The translations under genes and the position numbers were made by a program. Below the pieces are notes generated by a model. It was not told the DNA's origin. It saw only the letters and a list, made by a program, of their open reading frames with translations, and did not search any database. Below, in pieces: positions 57,790-64,000 of a stretch of DNA of 64,000 bases; the first letter of the stretch is position 1, and every line of letters starts with the position of its first letter. The DNA lies in the IMG/VR virus record IMGVR_UViG_3300018488_000300; one strand, written 5' to 3'. The DNA is from a virus (taxonomy: Duplodnaviria > Heunggongvirae > Uroviricota > Caudoviricetes).

Positions 57790-59325
57790 ATGGCCTATTC
57801 GACACACGTGTAGAATGAGGAGTAAGACCACATCATTACACCGTGCCAAAATATTGTAGACTCTAGAATCATTATCGTGTGAACTACTCGTGACTAAAGT
57901 CATAAGCTTCTAAGCCACTGCAGGTACAGTTACCTTAGACTGGGTTCATGCCAGCAATACTGCTACTTTCGTTACACAGTTACTTTTATCGGACTTCCTA
58001 GGTTTTGATGAGAAATCTGTTTGCCTCGACCTATCTGTTTAAAGTATAGTCTCATGATATTATAAGCGCCTACCGCATCGGCATTCCATATATGTCCGGC
58101 TTCTTTATATAAGCCTCTTTTTATTCGATTCGACTTATTTGCATATCGTTTACTAACTTCTTTTGATAATGGACTACATTGACTGGAATAGGATTCTTTT
58201 ATCCTTGTTAAGCGAATCCCATGCTGCTTTAATTTATATTCCAACATCAAATATATTTCACGAAATGGCCAGGCATGAAACACCTGATTTGTTTTAGAAC
58301 CCAAACTATTGTTGTCCCTGATATGTTTTATATCACTGATAATTACTGTATAGATATGATGTTCCAAACAATAATCAACAATATATTTTGTTGATTTGTG
58401 GAGGACATCTTTAATACTGTTGTGCTTCTTTTTATAGAGCTTCAGAACGCGTTTGGAAGATTTTGGATACTTAGTTCCTTTTGACACTTGCTGACTGTCT
58501 GATATGGACTGATAGTGTGCAATTTTTTTGTTAAAGTAATGCGAAACTTCCAAGTAGCTATTTCCAACAATAAAACTGTTACCCAAACTATCATAGCAGG
58601 TCATCAGGTTCTTGATTCCTAAGTCAATGGACAGATAATGGCTATTATCCGGAAGCCAGCCAACCTCTGGAATCTCATAGATAACAATCATCAGTAGTTC
58701 TCCATTTACAGGTGGATATAGCTTGATCTGTTTGATGTTTTCCATGTCCTGGAAAACTTTATTTTCCAGGAATAGATAGTTATCATGGACATCAAACCGT
58801 TCTGCCATATGTACCTTTAAATTCTTTGGAATACTTAGCCGGATCTGTGCAGATTTCTTATTATGTACAATCCCATTCTGCATATAAGTAATTGGAATCC
58901 CTTCCTGCTTGAATTTAGGTGGTTTTGGAGACTTGATTCCACCTGTTTTTAATAGCTTATAGTAGCTTTTAAAAGCCTGATCAATCTGGTTGCAGATTTC
59001 CTGAGCTGTTTGGGATGGAAGCGACTTAAACCAGATATTATCCTTTAGCCTTGATTTCTGATTGTACCAATTTGGATATGGAATGCCCAAAGTCTTATAA
59101 TTTCGTTTCTCATAATTGCATACATTCCATAACTTACTGGCTGCATAATTCATATGGTTCAAAATATTTGCTTGGTGTTCAGATACGTGGATCGTTGTTC
59201 TTTTTGATAATAGCATATTTCACCTCCATATATATGATGATGAAAAAGATGATGTTGTCAACCAAATATCTATAATTAATACATAACGAATTCATCTCAT
59301 GACTTAAGTCACGAGGATTCTTCGT
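57790..59325 (-). mobile_element. Third distinct IS200/IS605-family tnpB-only element (copy D)
   Basis: tnpB is flanked by subterminal hairpins carrying the motif catgact-N-agtca(c/t)g (59290-59310 and 57860-57890) that also occurs at the right ends of copies A and C. Boundaries approximate. Confidence 0.45.
57972..59216 (-). CDS. tnpB: TnpB/OrfB-like protein, zinc-finger cysteines absent
   Basis: RuvC motifs LSIDLGIKNL, VIISDIK and GHIWNADAVGAYNI. Only one Cys (SSQCSP) where the CxxC pairs are expected. Confidence 0.7.
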   Translation of the reverse strand: MLLSKRTTIHVSEHQANILNHMNYAASKLWNVCNYEKRNYKTLGIPYPNWYNQKSRLKDNIWFKSLPSQTAQEICNQIDQAFKSYYKLLKTGGIKSPKPPKFKQEGIPITYMQNGIVHNKKSAQIRLSIPKNLKVHMAERFDVHDNYLFLENKVFQDMENIKQIKLYPPVNGELLMIVIYEIPEVGWLPDNSHYLSIDLGIKNLMTCYDSLGNSFIVGNSYLEVSHYFNKKIAHYQSISDSQQVSKGTKYPKSSKRVLKLYKKKHNSIKDVLHKSTKYIVDYCLEHHIYTVIISDIKHIRDNNSLGSKTNQVFHAWPFREIYLMLEYKLKQHGIRLTRIKESYSSQCSPLSKEVSKRYANKSNRIKRGLYKEAGHIWNADAVGAYNIMRLYFKQIGRGKQISHQNLGSPIKVTV

Positions 59326-59637
59326 CTATTGTCTAAAAGATGCTAATGCACAAAATATAACCAACACATCATCTACAGAATCCGCATCTACTAAATGTCT
59401 GCATCCATCTATATTATCTATATGTAATTGATTTTTATCTTTTCTATTTGTACTTTTGGTTTCAACAAAGCCAAAACAATATTCATTCCCATCCTCCATT
59501 TCAATCGGACAGAAATTAAGGTCTTCATTTGCCATTCCTGTTTTAGTAACAAAAGATCCTCCATTAATTGGTTTATCCTTCTCCGTAATTCCTTTATAAT
59601 ACTCCATCCAACTTATGTTACAGAATAAAAGTTTCAT
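59326..59637 (-). CDS. Hypothetical protein (103 aa)
   Basis: ORF only. Confidence 0.35.
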   Translation of the reverse strand: MKLLFCNISWMEYYKGITEKDKPINGGSFVTKTGMANEDLNFCPIEMEDGNEYCFGFVETKSTNRKDKNQLHIDNIDGCRHLVDADSVDDVLVIFCALASFRQ

Positions 59638-59689
59638 TGTTTCCTCCCAGACTATGATAGACCTATTTTATCATATTTACTTTAGATAT

Positions 59690-59715
59690 GCAAAAACCAG
59701 TCCATTACAGACTGG
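59690..59715 (-). terminator. Intrinsic terminator at the 3' end of tRNA array 2
   Basis: ccagtctgtaatggactgg hairpin with a T5 run on the minus strand, directly after tRNA-His. Confidence 0.6.
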
Positions 59716-59726
59716 TCTTCAATAAA

Positions 59727-59800
59727 GGTGACCGACGGGAGTTGAACCCGCAAAATGGCGGAGCCACAATCCGCTGCTGTACCAATTGAGCCACGGCCAC
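59727..59800 (-). tRNA. tRNA-His (anticodon GUG) with encoded G-1
   Basis: Anticodon arm GCGGA-TTGTGGC-TCCGC, 8-bp acceptor with an extra 5' G and C73, T-arm GCGGG-TTCAACT-CCCGT. Confidence 0.65.
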
Positions 59801-59802
59801 AG

Positions 59803-59874
59803 TTACGATGATGGGAATCGAACCCATATTGTAGGTTTAGGAAACCTATGTTCTATCCGTTGAACTACACCGTA
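59803..59874 (-). tRNA. tRNA-Arg (anticodon CCU)
   Basis: Acceptor TACGGTG/CATCGTA, D-arm GTTC-AACGGATA-GAAC, anticodon arm TAGGT-TTCCTAA-ACCTA, T-arm ATGGG-TTCGATT-CCCAT. Confidence 0.65.
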
Positions 59875-59875
59875 A

Positions 59876-59949
59876 TATCAGTAGCTGGAATCGAACCAGC
59901 GGCCTCCATGGTATGAGTCTGGCGCTCTTGCCTGCTGAGCTATACTGAC
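59876..59949 (-). tRNA. tRNA-Met-like (anticodon CAU) with weak anticodon stem
   Basis: Acceptor GTCAGTA/TACTGAT, D-arm GCTC-AGCAGGCAAG-AGC, loop CTCATAC but only 3 of 5 stem pairs, T-arm GCTGG-TTCGATT-CCAGC. Confidence 0.4.
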
Positions 59950-59960
59950 ATGAATGAATA

Positions 59961-60010
59961 AATTTAGCTCCGGTTATGGGCCGGATGCTCTAACCAACTA
60001 TATGGTTTAA
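59961..60010 (-). pseudogene. 5' half of a tRNA (acceptor-D-anticodon arms, anticodon CAU) with no T-arm
   Basis: Reverse complement reads ...ATAGTTGGTTAGAGC-A-TCCGG-CCCATAA-CCGGA-GCTAAATT, then runs directly into the 5' end of the next tRNA. No T-arm follows. Confidence 0.35.
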
Positions 60011-60081
60011 AGCAAATGAAGGGAATCGAACCCTCAACTCTGCTATGGCAAAGCAGCATTTTTCCGTTAAACTACATCTGC
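60011..60081 (-). tRNA. tRNA-Gly (anticodon GCC)
   Basis: Acceptor GCAGATG/CATTTGC with U73, anticodon arm CTGCT-TTGCCAT-AGCAG, T-arm GAGGG-TTCGATT-CCCTT. Confidence 0.6.
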
Positions 60082-60239
60082 ATGTGTTCCTGTCCGGCCT
60101 TTCACCAGTTCTCGCAAATCGCTCTCTACTTTTTATTCATGAAAAAGTGATGTATATAATCCTATGGTCATGACTCCATATTATTATTTCACATAGGAAC
60201 ATATTAATTTTCTAAAATAATAAAATTTATAATTCAGAA

Positions 60240-60313
60240 TAGTGGATACCAGGCTTGAACCGGTGACCTTTGGATTATCAGACCAACGCTCTAACCAACT
60301 GAGCTAATCCACT
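60240..60313 (-). tRNA. tRNA-Ile (anticodon GAU)
   Basis: Perfect acceptor AGTGGAT/ATCCACT, D-arm GCTC-AGTTGGTTAG-AGC, anticodon arm TTGGT-CTGATAA-TCCAA, T-arm ACCGG-TTCAAGC-CTGGT. Confidence 0.7.
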
Positions 60314-60547
60314 ATAGCCGGTAAAGCTCCGAAAAGAACCCGGATTGCTATATATTACCATCTTAACATGTACACACCTACTTCGTAGTTGACAGCGTTA
60401 TATAGACTTATGTTTGTTTGGTGTGTTTTACACGGAGCTTATATACACTAATGGTTTCACTTATCTTTTCCCAGCCTTCTGACTGCCAGTACTTGCACAG
60501 AGGTTCGTTTACTCCCAGCTCATTAGCTGCCATAGGCATTAGCGTAA

Positions 60548-60619
60548 TACCCGCTACAGGACTTGAACCTGTAGCTTCTTCCTTGTAAGGGAAGCACTCT
60601 CCCATTGAGTTAAGCGGGC
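60548..60619 (-). tRNA. tRNA-Val (anticodon UAC)
   Basis: Acceptor GCCCGCT/AGCGGGT, anticodon arm CTTCC-CTTACAA-GGAAG, T-arm ACAGG-TTCAAGT-CCTGT. Confidence 0.65.
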
Positions 60620-60670
60620 GTATTAGTATAATCCATATCATTGATACTTTGTTAATGATATGGGATTGAA

Positions 60671-60744
60671 TCGGAATGGTGAGATCTGAACTCACAACCT
60701 CTCGGTTCCAAGCCAATTGCTCTTCCAAATTGAGCACATCCTGC
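60671..60744 (-). tRNA. tRNA-Pro (anticodon UGG), acceptor has an A2.C71 mismatch
   Basis: D-arm GCTC-AATTTGGAAG-AGC, anticodon loop CTTGGAA, T-arm GTGAG-TTCAGAT-CTCAC. Confidence 0.5.
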
Positions 60745-60749
60745 ATTTC

Positions 60750-61454
60750 AAATTTAATGTCTTCTAAAATCTTTCAAATCACTTTGTGTATAAGGCAAAC
60801 CATATGATTTACACCATTTTCTTATAGCTGTATCGCTTAATTGAAACTCTTCTGCTATTTCTATAAAACTTTTTTGTTTCAGCAACACTTCCAGTTAACT
60901 TTTAATCGGTTTTTTTGATTTTCTTTTTAAATCGCATTCAACACATCGATTGGCCCGAATTGAAATATTCTTTCCACAATCGATGCATATTTTTTTGTAT
61001 TAGTCATATTATAATTTCTTTTCCTTATTGGATATGGTCTATTGTATTTTATATAACGTCCTGTATTTATTCCCTGTATCATTTCTTCGCTAATATCCCA
61101 TTTTTTTGCTATTCTTTTTTGCGTCATATTTGTCATTTCTAAATCGTTCACTATTCCAATAAATGTTTCTTTATTCAAATGTGATTGACCACCAAAACTC
61201 TCATTATAACCATAAAAAAAGAGTCAAAATAATCAATCCAATATATTTCTCTTTCATCTAATTGTTTTTCTTCACATTCCTCAATTATTTCAAATTTAAA
61301 CTTTTCAATTCCATACAATCGTAAATCTTTATATTATATTGATTTATAAGAATGATCTATCTTGCTTTTATATCTATTTTTATGTTTATTTATTCTATTG
61401 TTTATATTTATTGATTGTCCAATATAAGACTTTCCATTTTCGATATTTGTAATT
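60750..61454 (-). pseudogene. GIY-YIG homing endonuclease gene inside tRNA array 2, disrupted by an in-frame TAA and frameshifts (one at a T7 run)
   Basis: RBS AAAGGAGGG-N5-ATG, then MIGIYKITNIENGKSYIGQSININNRINKHKNRYKSKIDHSYKSI-TAA-YKDLRLYGIEKFKFEIIEECEEKQLDEREIYWIDYFDSFF. After a shift at tcttttttt come YGYNESFGGQSHLNKETFIGIV...NAI (listed ORF 60927..61178). A further frame holds a C-terminal HTH, SFIEIAEEFQLSDTAIRKWCKSYGLPY. Confidence 0.6.
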
Positions 61455-61579
61455 TTGTAAATACCTATCATATTCCCTCCTTTTTTTGTCTTTGAATAGC
61501 TATTACCAATTTAAACCATCTAAGCTAAATACCATATGTCTCTCTAACTGAGTTAATCCAACATATAATCTTCAAGCAG

Positions 61580-61653
61580 TGGAACCAGAGGGATTTGAAC
61601 CCTCAACCCTTTGCTTGCAAGGCAAATGCTCTCCCATTTAGAGCTATGATCCC
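61580..61653 (-). tRNA. tRNA-Ala (anticodon UGC)
   Basis: Acceptor GGGATCA/TGGTTCC with G3.U70, D-arm GCTC-TAAATGGGAG-AGC, anticodon arm TTTGC-CTTGCAA-GCAAA, T-arm GAGGG-TTCAAAT-CCCTC. Confidence 0.7.
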
Positions 61654-61657
61654 AAAA

Positions 61658-61744
61658 CAATCCAGGCCGGAATCGAACCGGCACTACTGACAGACAAGCC
61701 AGTGTACTTATATATTAAGTCGACTTCCATTATACTACTGGATT
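61658..61744 (-). tRNA. Atypical 86-nt tRNA-like gene (perfect acceptor and T-arm, unassignable D/anticodon region)
   Basis: Acceptor AATCCAG/CTGGATT and T-arm GCCGG-TTCGATT-CCGGC are perfect. The 55 nt between them (TAGTATAATGGAAGTCGACTTAATATATAAGTACACTGGCTTGTCTGTCAGTAGT) contain a D-loop-like TAATGG and a possible CTTAATA loop but no clean cloverleaf. Confidence 0.3.
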
Positions 61745-61746
61745 AG

Positions 61747-61820
61747 TCGGAGCAGTGAGATTCGAACTCACACGTTCTTCCTTCCAAGGGAAGCTGCCTA
61801 CCATTTAGCTGCACACTCCG
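61747..61820 (-). tRNA. tRNA-Pro-like (anticodon UGG), second copy, D-stem A.A mismatch
   Basis: Anticodon arm CTTCC-CTTGGAA-GGAAG, T-arm GTGAG-TTCGAAT-CTCAC, acceptor CGGAGTG/TGCTCCG. Confidence 0.5.
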
Positions 61821-61824
61821 TAAA

Positions 61825-61896
61825 TATCCACAAAGAGAATCGAACTCTTATCATCGATTTAGAAGACCGATGCTCTATCCATTGAGCTATGTGGAT
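61825..61896 (-). tRNA. tRNA-Arg (anticodon UCU)
   Basis: Fully canonical: ATCCACA-TA-GCTC-AATGGATA-GAGC-A-TCGGT-CTTCTAA-ATCGA...AAGAG-TTCGATT-CTCTT-TGTGGAT-A. Confidence 0.75.
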
Positions 61897-61900
61897 GTAA

Positions 61901-61972
61901 TGCTGGATGTTGGATTTGAACCAACGACTCCTGGTATATCAGACCAGTGCTCTACCACTGAACTAATCCAGC
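61901..61972 (-). tRNA. tRNA-Ile (anticodon GAU), second copy
   Basis: GCTGGAT-TA-GTTC-AGTGGTAG-AGC...CTGGT-CTGATAT-ACCAG...GTTGG-TTCAAAT-CCAAC-ATCCAGC-A. Confidence 0.7.
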
Positions 61973-61976
61973 AAAG

Positions 61977-62049
<73 letters not shown>

Positions 62050-62055
62050 ATAAAA

Positions 62056-62128
62056 CGACCTATATGGGATTCGAACCCATGTCTCATGCGTGACAGGCAT
62101 GTGATTTATCCAATTAATCTAATAAGCC
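62056..62128 (-). tRNA. tRNA-Asp (anticodon GUC)
   Basis: D-arm GATT-AATTGGATA-AATC, anticodon arm CATGC-CTGTCAC-GCATG, T-arm ATGGG-TTCGAAT-CCCAT, G73. Confidence 0.65.
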
Positions 62129-62132
62129 AAAG

Positions 62133-62209
62133 TGGGATGAGATGGAGTCGAACCATCACCATCTGGTTTTTCAGACCAGTGCTGCGGACCGCAAGTAAGC
62201 TATCATCCC
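62133..62209 (-). tRNA. tRNA-Phe-like (anticodon GAA) with enlarged 21-nt D region
   Basis: Perfect acceptor GGGATGA/TCATCCC, anticodon arm CTGGT-CTGAAAA-ACCAG, T-arm GATGG-TTCGACT-CCATC. D region GCTTACTTGCGGTCCGCAGCA can form an internal extra hairpin. Confidence 0.4.
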
Positions 62210-62213
62210 AAAA

Positions 62214-62285
62214 TATCTCCAGTTGGAATCGAACCAACAACCTTTACGATGTCAACGTAATGTTCTTCCACTGAACTATGGAGAT
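62214..62285 (-). tRNA. tRNA-Val (anticodon GAC)
   Basis: Canonical: ATCTCCA-TA-GTTC-AGTGGAAG-AAC-A-TTACG-TTGACAT-CGTAA...GTTGG-TTCGATT-CCAAC-TGGAGAT-A. Confidence 0.7.
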
Positions 62286-62289
62286 ATGG

Positions 62290-62363
62290 CTGGAAGAGTG
62301 GGACTTGAACCCACGACCCACCGCTTAACAGGCGGTTGCTCTAACCAACTGAGCTATCAACCA
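62290..62363 (-). tRNA. tRNA-Asn (anticodon GUU) with U4.U69 and U5.U68 acceptor mismatches
   Basis: Anticodon arm ACCGC-CTGTTAA-GCGGT, D-arm GCTC-AGTTGGTTAG-AGC, T-arm GTGGG-TTCAAGT-CCCAC. Acceptor TGGTTGA/TCTTCCA has two mismatches. Confidence 0.5.
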
Positions 62364-62384
62364 GTAACAATTATTTAAAGCAAA

Positions 62385-62458
62385 CGACTTAGATGGGATT
62401 CGAACCCACGATCTCTGCCGTGACAGGGCAGCGCTTTAAGCCTCTAAGCTACTAAGCC
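62385..62458 (-). tRNA. tRNA-Asp (anticodon GUC), second copy
   Basis: GGCTTAG-TA-GCTT-AGAGGCTTA-AAGC...CTGCC-CTGTCAC-GGCAG...GTGGG-TTCGAAT-CCCAT-CTAAGTC-G. Confidence 0.65.
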
Positions 62459-62463
62459 ATAAG

Positions 62464-62535
62464 CTCCAAGGACAGGACTCGAACCTGCAACATCCCGGTT
62501 AACAGCCGGACTCTCTACCATTGAGCTACCAAGGA
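62464..62535 (-). tRNA. tRNA-Asn (anticodon GUU), second copy, same U4.U69/U5.U68 mismatches
   Basis: TCCTTGG-TA-GCTC-AATGGTAG-AGAG...TCCGG-CTGTTAA-CCGGG...GCAGG-TTCGAGT-CCTGT-CCTTGGA-G. Positions 2, 3 and 7 differ from the other Asn gene with compensating changes, while positions 4-5 stay U.U. Confidence 0.5.
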
Positions 62536-62557
62536 ATACAACTTTCTTATTGAACTA

Positions 62558-62596
62558 TTTTGTGTAAAATAAAAATGGAGCCGCCGAAGCGACTCC
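62558..62596 (-). terminator. Hairpin plus T-run immediately upstream of tRNA array 2 (terminates read-through from the upstream small ORF)
   Basis: ggagtcgcttcggcggctcc hairpin followed on the minus strand by atttttatttta. A 44-codon ORF with an RBS lies just upstream (about 62640..62774, minus). Confidence 0.45.
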
Positions 62597-62948
62597 AATA
62601 TGTGTTAATTAATAACTATCTAATCAAGCCACTAATTCACATATAACTGGTCTTTCTTCGGACAAAACGAATGCTTAAATTATCCATGCCAAAAAATCTA
62701 TCCATAATATCATTATGCATAGCTACTGCCGGTACATTAATATGATTCATAACAGTTATTTTCTTTAACATGGTCGTTTATCCTTTCTGTTTTTTTTAGT
62801 TAGCTGTAAGCACATGAGCTAATACCTACCATCATATATGGCCGAGTCCATACCAACTTAATATAGAAGAAGGAAGCTTTATCTTACCCTTTAATGATTG
62901 CTAGGCTACAATCACGAGTCAAGAATGACATGGGAGAGACAATACATG

Positions 62949-63031
62949 TATGGACAGCTTTTGTAATTTTTTATTACATATATATTATGATGGATTTTTT
63001 CATTTTGTTAACCTTTTTTTTGAAAAAAAAA
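62949..63031. repeat. Copy 2 of the ~80-bp near-identical repeat
   Basis: Aligns with 45675..45753. Lies ~0.4 kb upstream of tRNA array 2. Confidence 0.7.
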
Positions 63032-63049
63032 TATAAATATTTATTTTTA

Positions 63050-63075
63050 TACAAAAAAGCTGAGTTTCCTCAGCT
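63050..63075 (-). terminator. Intrinsic terminator
   Basis: agctgaggaaactcagct hairpin with a T6 run on the minus strand. Confidence 0.55.
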
Positions 63076-63299
63076 TTCATCAATCAAATAAACCATCTTT
63101 GTTATTTCAAAAAGAAATCATTAAACAAATGAATTGTCCTTCTGGTAGATACACCACCAAATTTATATTTTTTTCCTAACTCTGGATTATGAAAAATTAT
63201 CGAATCGTCATCTTCCTCATATGTAGTCTTTACTTCTTCACATTTAATTTGTCATACATCTGGCCATGAATGAACGTTTTCTTTCCAAGTTCTCATTAC

Positions 63300-64000
63300 C
63301 TATCTCCATTCTCCATTCGCATCTACATAAAAACCGTCTGGTGTATTACAGTTAGCATACATTGCGCCTTCTGGTAATGGCCCATTTACTCCTTCCTGGA
63401 AGTAATACCATGGTCCACTTGGACCTGCACAGAACCATCCGGTTTTAGCTGCTCCTCTTGTACCATCCGATATTTGATTTAGATAATACCAGTATCCGTT
63501 AAGCTGTGCCCAGCCGGTTAACATGATTCCAAATTCATTACAATAAAACCACTGTCCGTTCTGATTCACCCAATTAGAAACAACTGCTCTGTTACCATTG
63601 TTTGGGTCAAAGTAGTACCAATTTCCATTAATCTGCTGCCAACCGGATACTTTTCCTTCTGAATCTTTGAATACCAGGTTTTCACCACTGCCAGAAAAAT
63701 TCCCATATGTTGTATTATCATCTGCAGATACGGAATTATTAAAATCTACCCAATTGGATGATTTCAGATATTTGGACTGGTCAGAATCCTTTGCAATTGC
63801 CCTTACTTTAAAACTGATATCATATTCATCGGTTGCGTAAGAAGACAAATCAATTTCCGGCTTTGTTACTTTTACTGTTTTATAAGATTTATAGTCACCA
63901 TTATCATTTTCCTTAAGAATCTGTACTTCGTACATCTTACAATATTCTACCTTATCCCATACTGCTAAATATTCATCTTCGAAATACAAGTTGGTGGGAT
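63300..64000 (-). CDS. Cell-wall-binding repeat (CW_binding_1 / choline-binding type) protein, partial: frame stays open to the window edge
   Basis: C-terminal tandem repeats GWQQINGNWYYFDPNNGNRAV / NWVNQNGQWFYCNEFGIMLTGW / AQLNGYWYYLNQISDGTRGAAKTGW. The listed M at 63989 is a TTG and the frame continues upstream. Confidence 0.6.
   Translation of the reverse strand, partial: PTNLYFEDEYLAVWDKVEYCKMYEVQILKENDNGDYKSYKTVKVTKPEIDLSSYATDEYDISFKVRAIAKDSDQSKYLKSSNWVDFNNSVSADDNTTYGNFSGSGENLVFKDSEGKVSGWQQINGNWYYFDPNNGNRAVVSNWVNQNGQWFYCNEFGIMLTGWAQLNGYWYYLNQISDGTRGAAKTGWFCAGPSGPWYYFQEGVNGPLPEGAMYANCNTPDGFYVDANGEWR

Noticed and set aside
62894-63091. ORF 62894..63091 (+)
   Set aside because: It coincides with the ~80-bp repeat and an A/T homopolymer tract. 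The translation is low-complexity (FFLKKKYKYLFLYKK).

Overview
AT-rich (~33% GC) Firmicutes-type DNA, read by hand without any search tools. The window is accessory or mobile-element-like rather than core chromosome, and almost all genes are on the minus strand.

Main content:
- A replication/transfer-type module at the left end: topoisomerase III N-terminus (partial at the edge), signal peptidase I, a RecD2-like helicase, a sigma-70 family factor, a CHC2 zinc-finger primase-like protein, a CpaE/TadZ-like ATPase coupled to a 780-aa acidic protein, and a VirB1-like lytic transglycosylase.
- A long run of small hypothetical ORFs with zinc-ribbon motifs.
- A radical-SAM methylthiotransferase (MiaB/RimO family) gene broken by two different tnpB-only IS200/IS605 elements. 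A degraded third copy and a fourth tnpB element also occur.
- An ADP-ribosylglycohydrolase and a flotillin gene.
- RNA-repair enzymes: RtcB and a P-loop kinase fused to a calcineurin-type phosphoesterase (Pnkp-like).
- Scattered housekeeping-like singletons out of normal context: ClpP, a divergent SecY, the ribosome hibernation factor HPF, dCMP deaminase, an LCP-family protein and a TelA-like protein.
- Two large minus-strand tRNA arrays, about 13 and about 20 genes, with no rRNA. They contain duplicated isoacceptors and several non-canonical members.
- A pseudogenised GIY-YIG homing endonuclease sits inside the second array and a frameshifted NUMOD4/HNH endonuclease lies elsewhere.
- Many genes carry single in-frame stops or homopolymer frameshifts (histidine phosphatase, EAL domain, both homing endonucleases, tnpB copy C).
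- An ~80-bp near-identical repeat lies upstream of both tRNA arrays.
- Rho-independent terminators are frequent.

No CRISPR array and no rRNA were seen. All functional calls rest on motifs recognised by eye. tRNA coordinates and identities are manual (about ±2 nt) and need tRNAscan-SE or Infernal confirmation.
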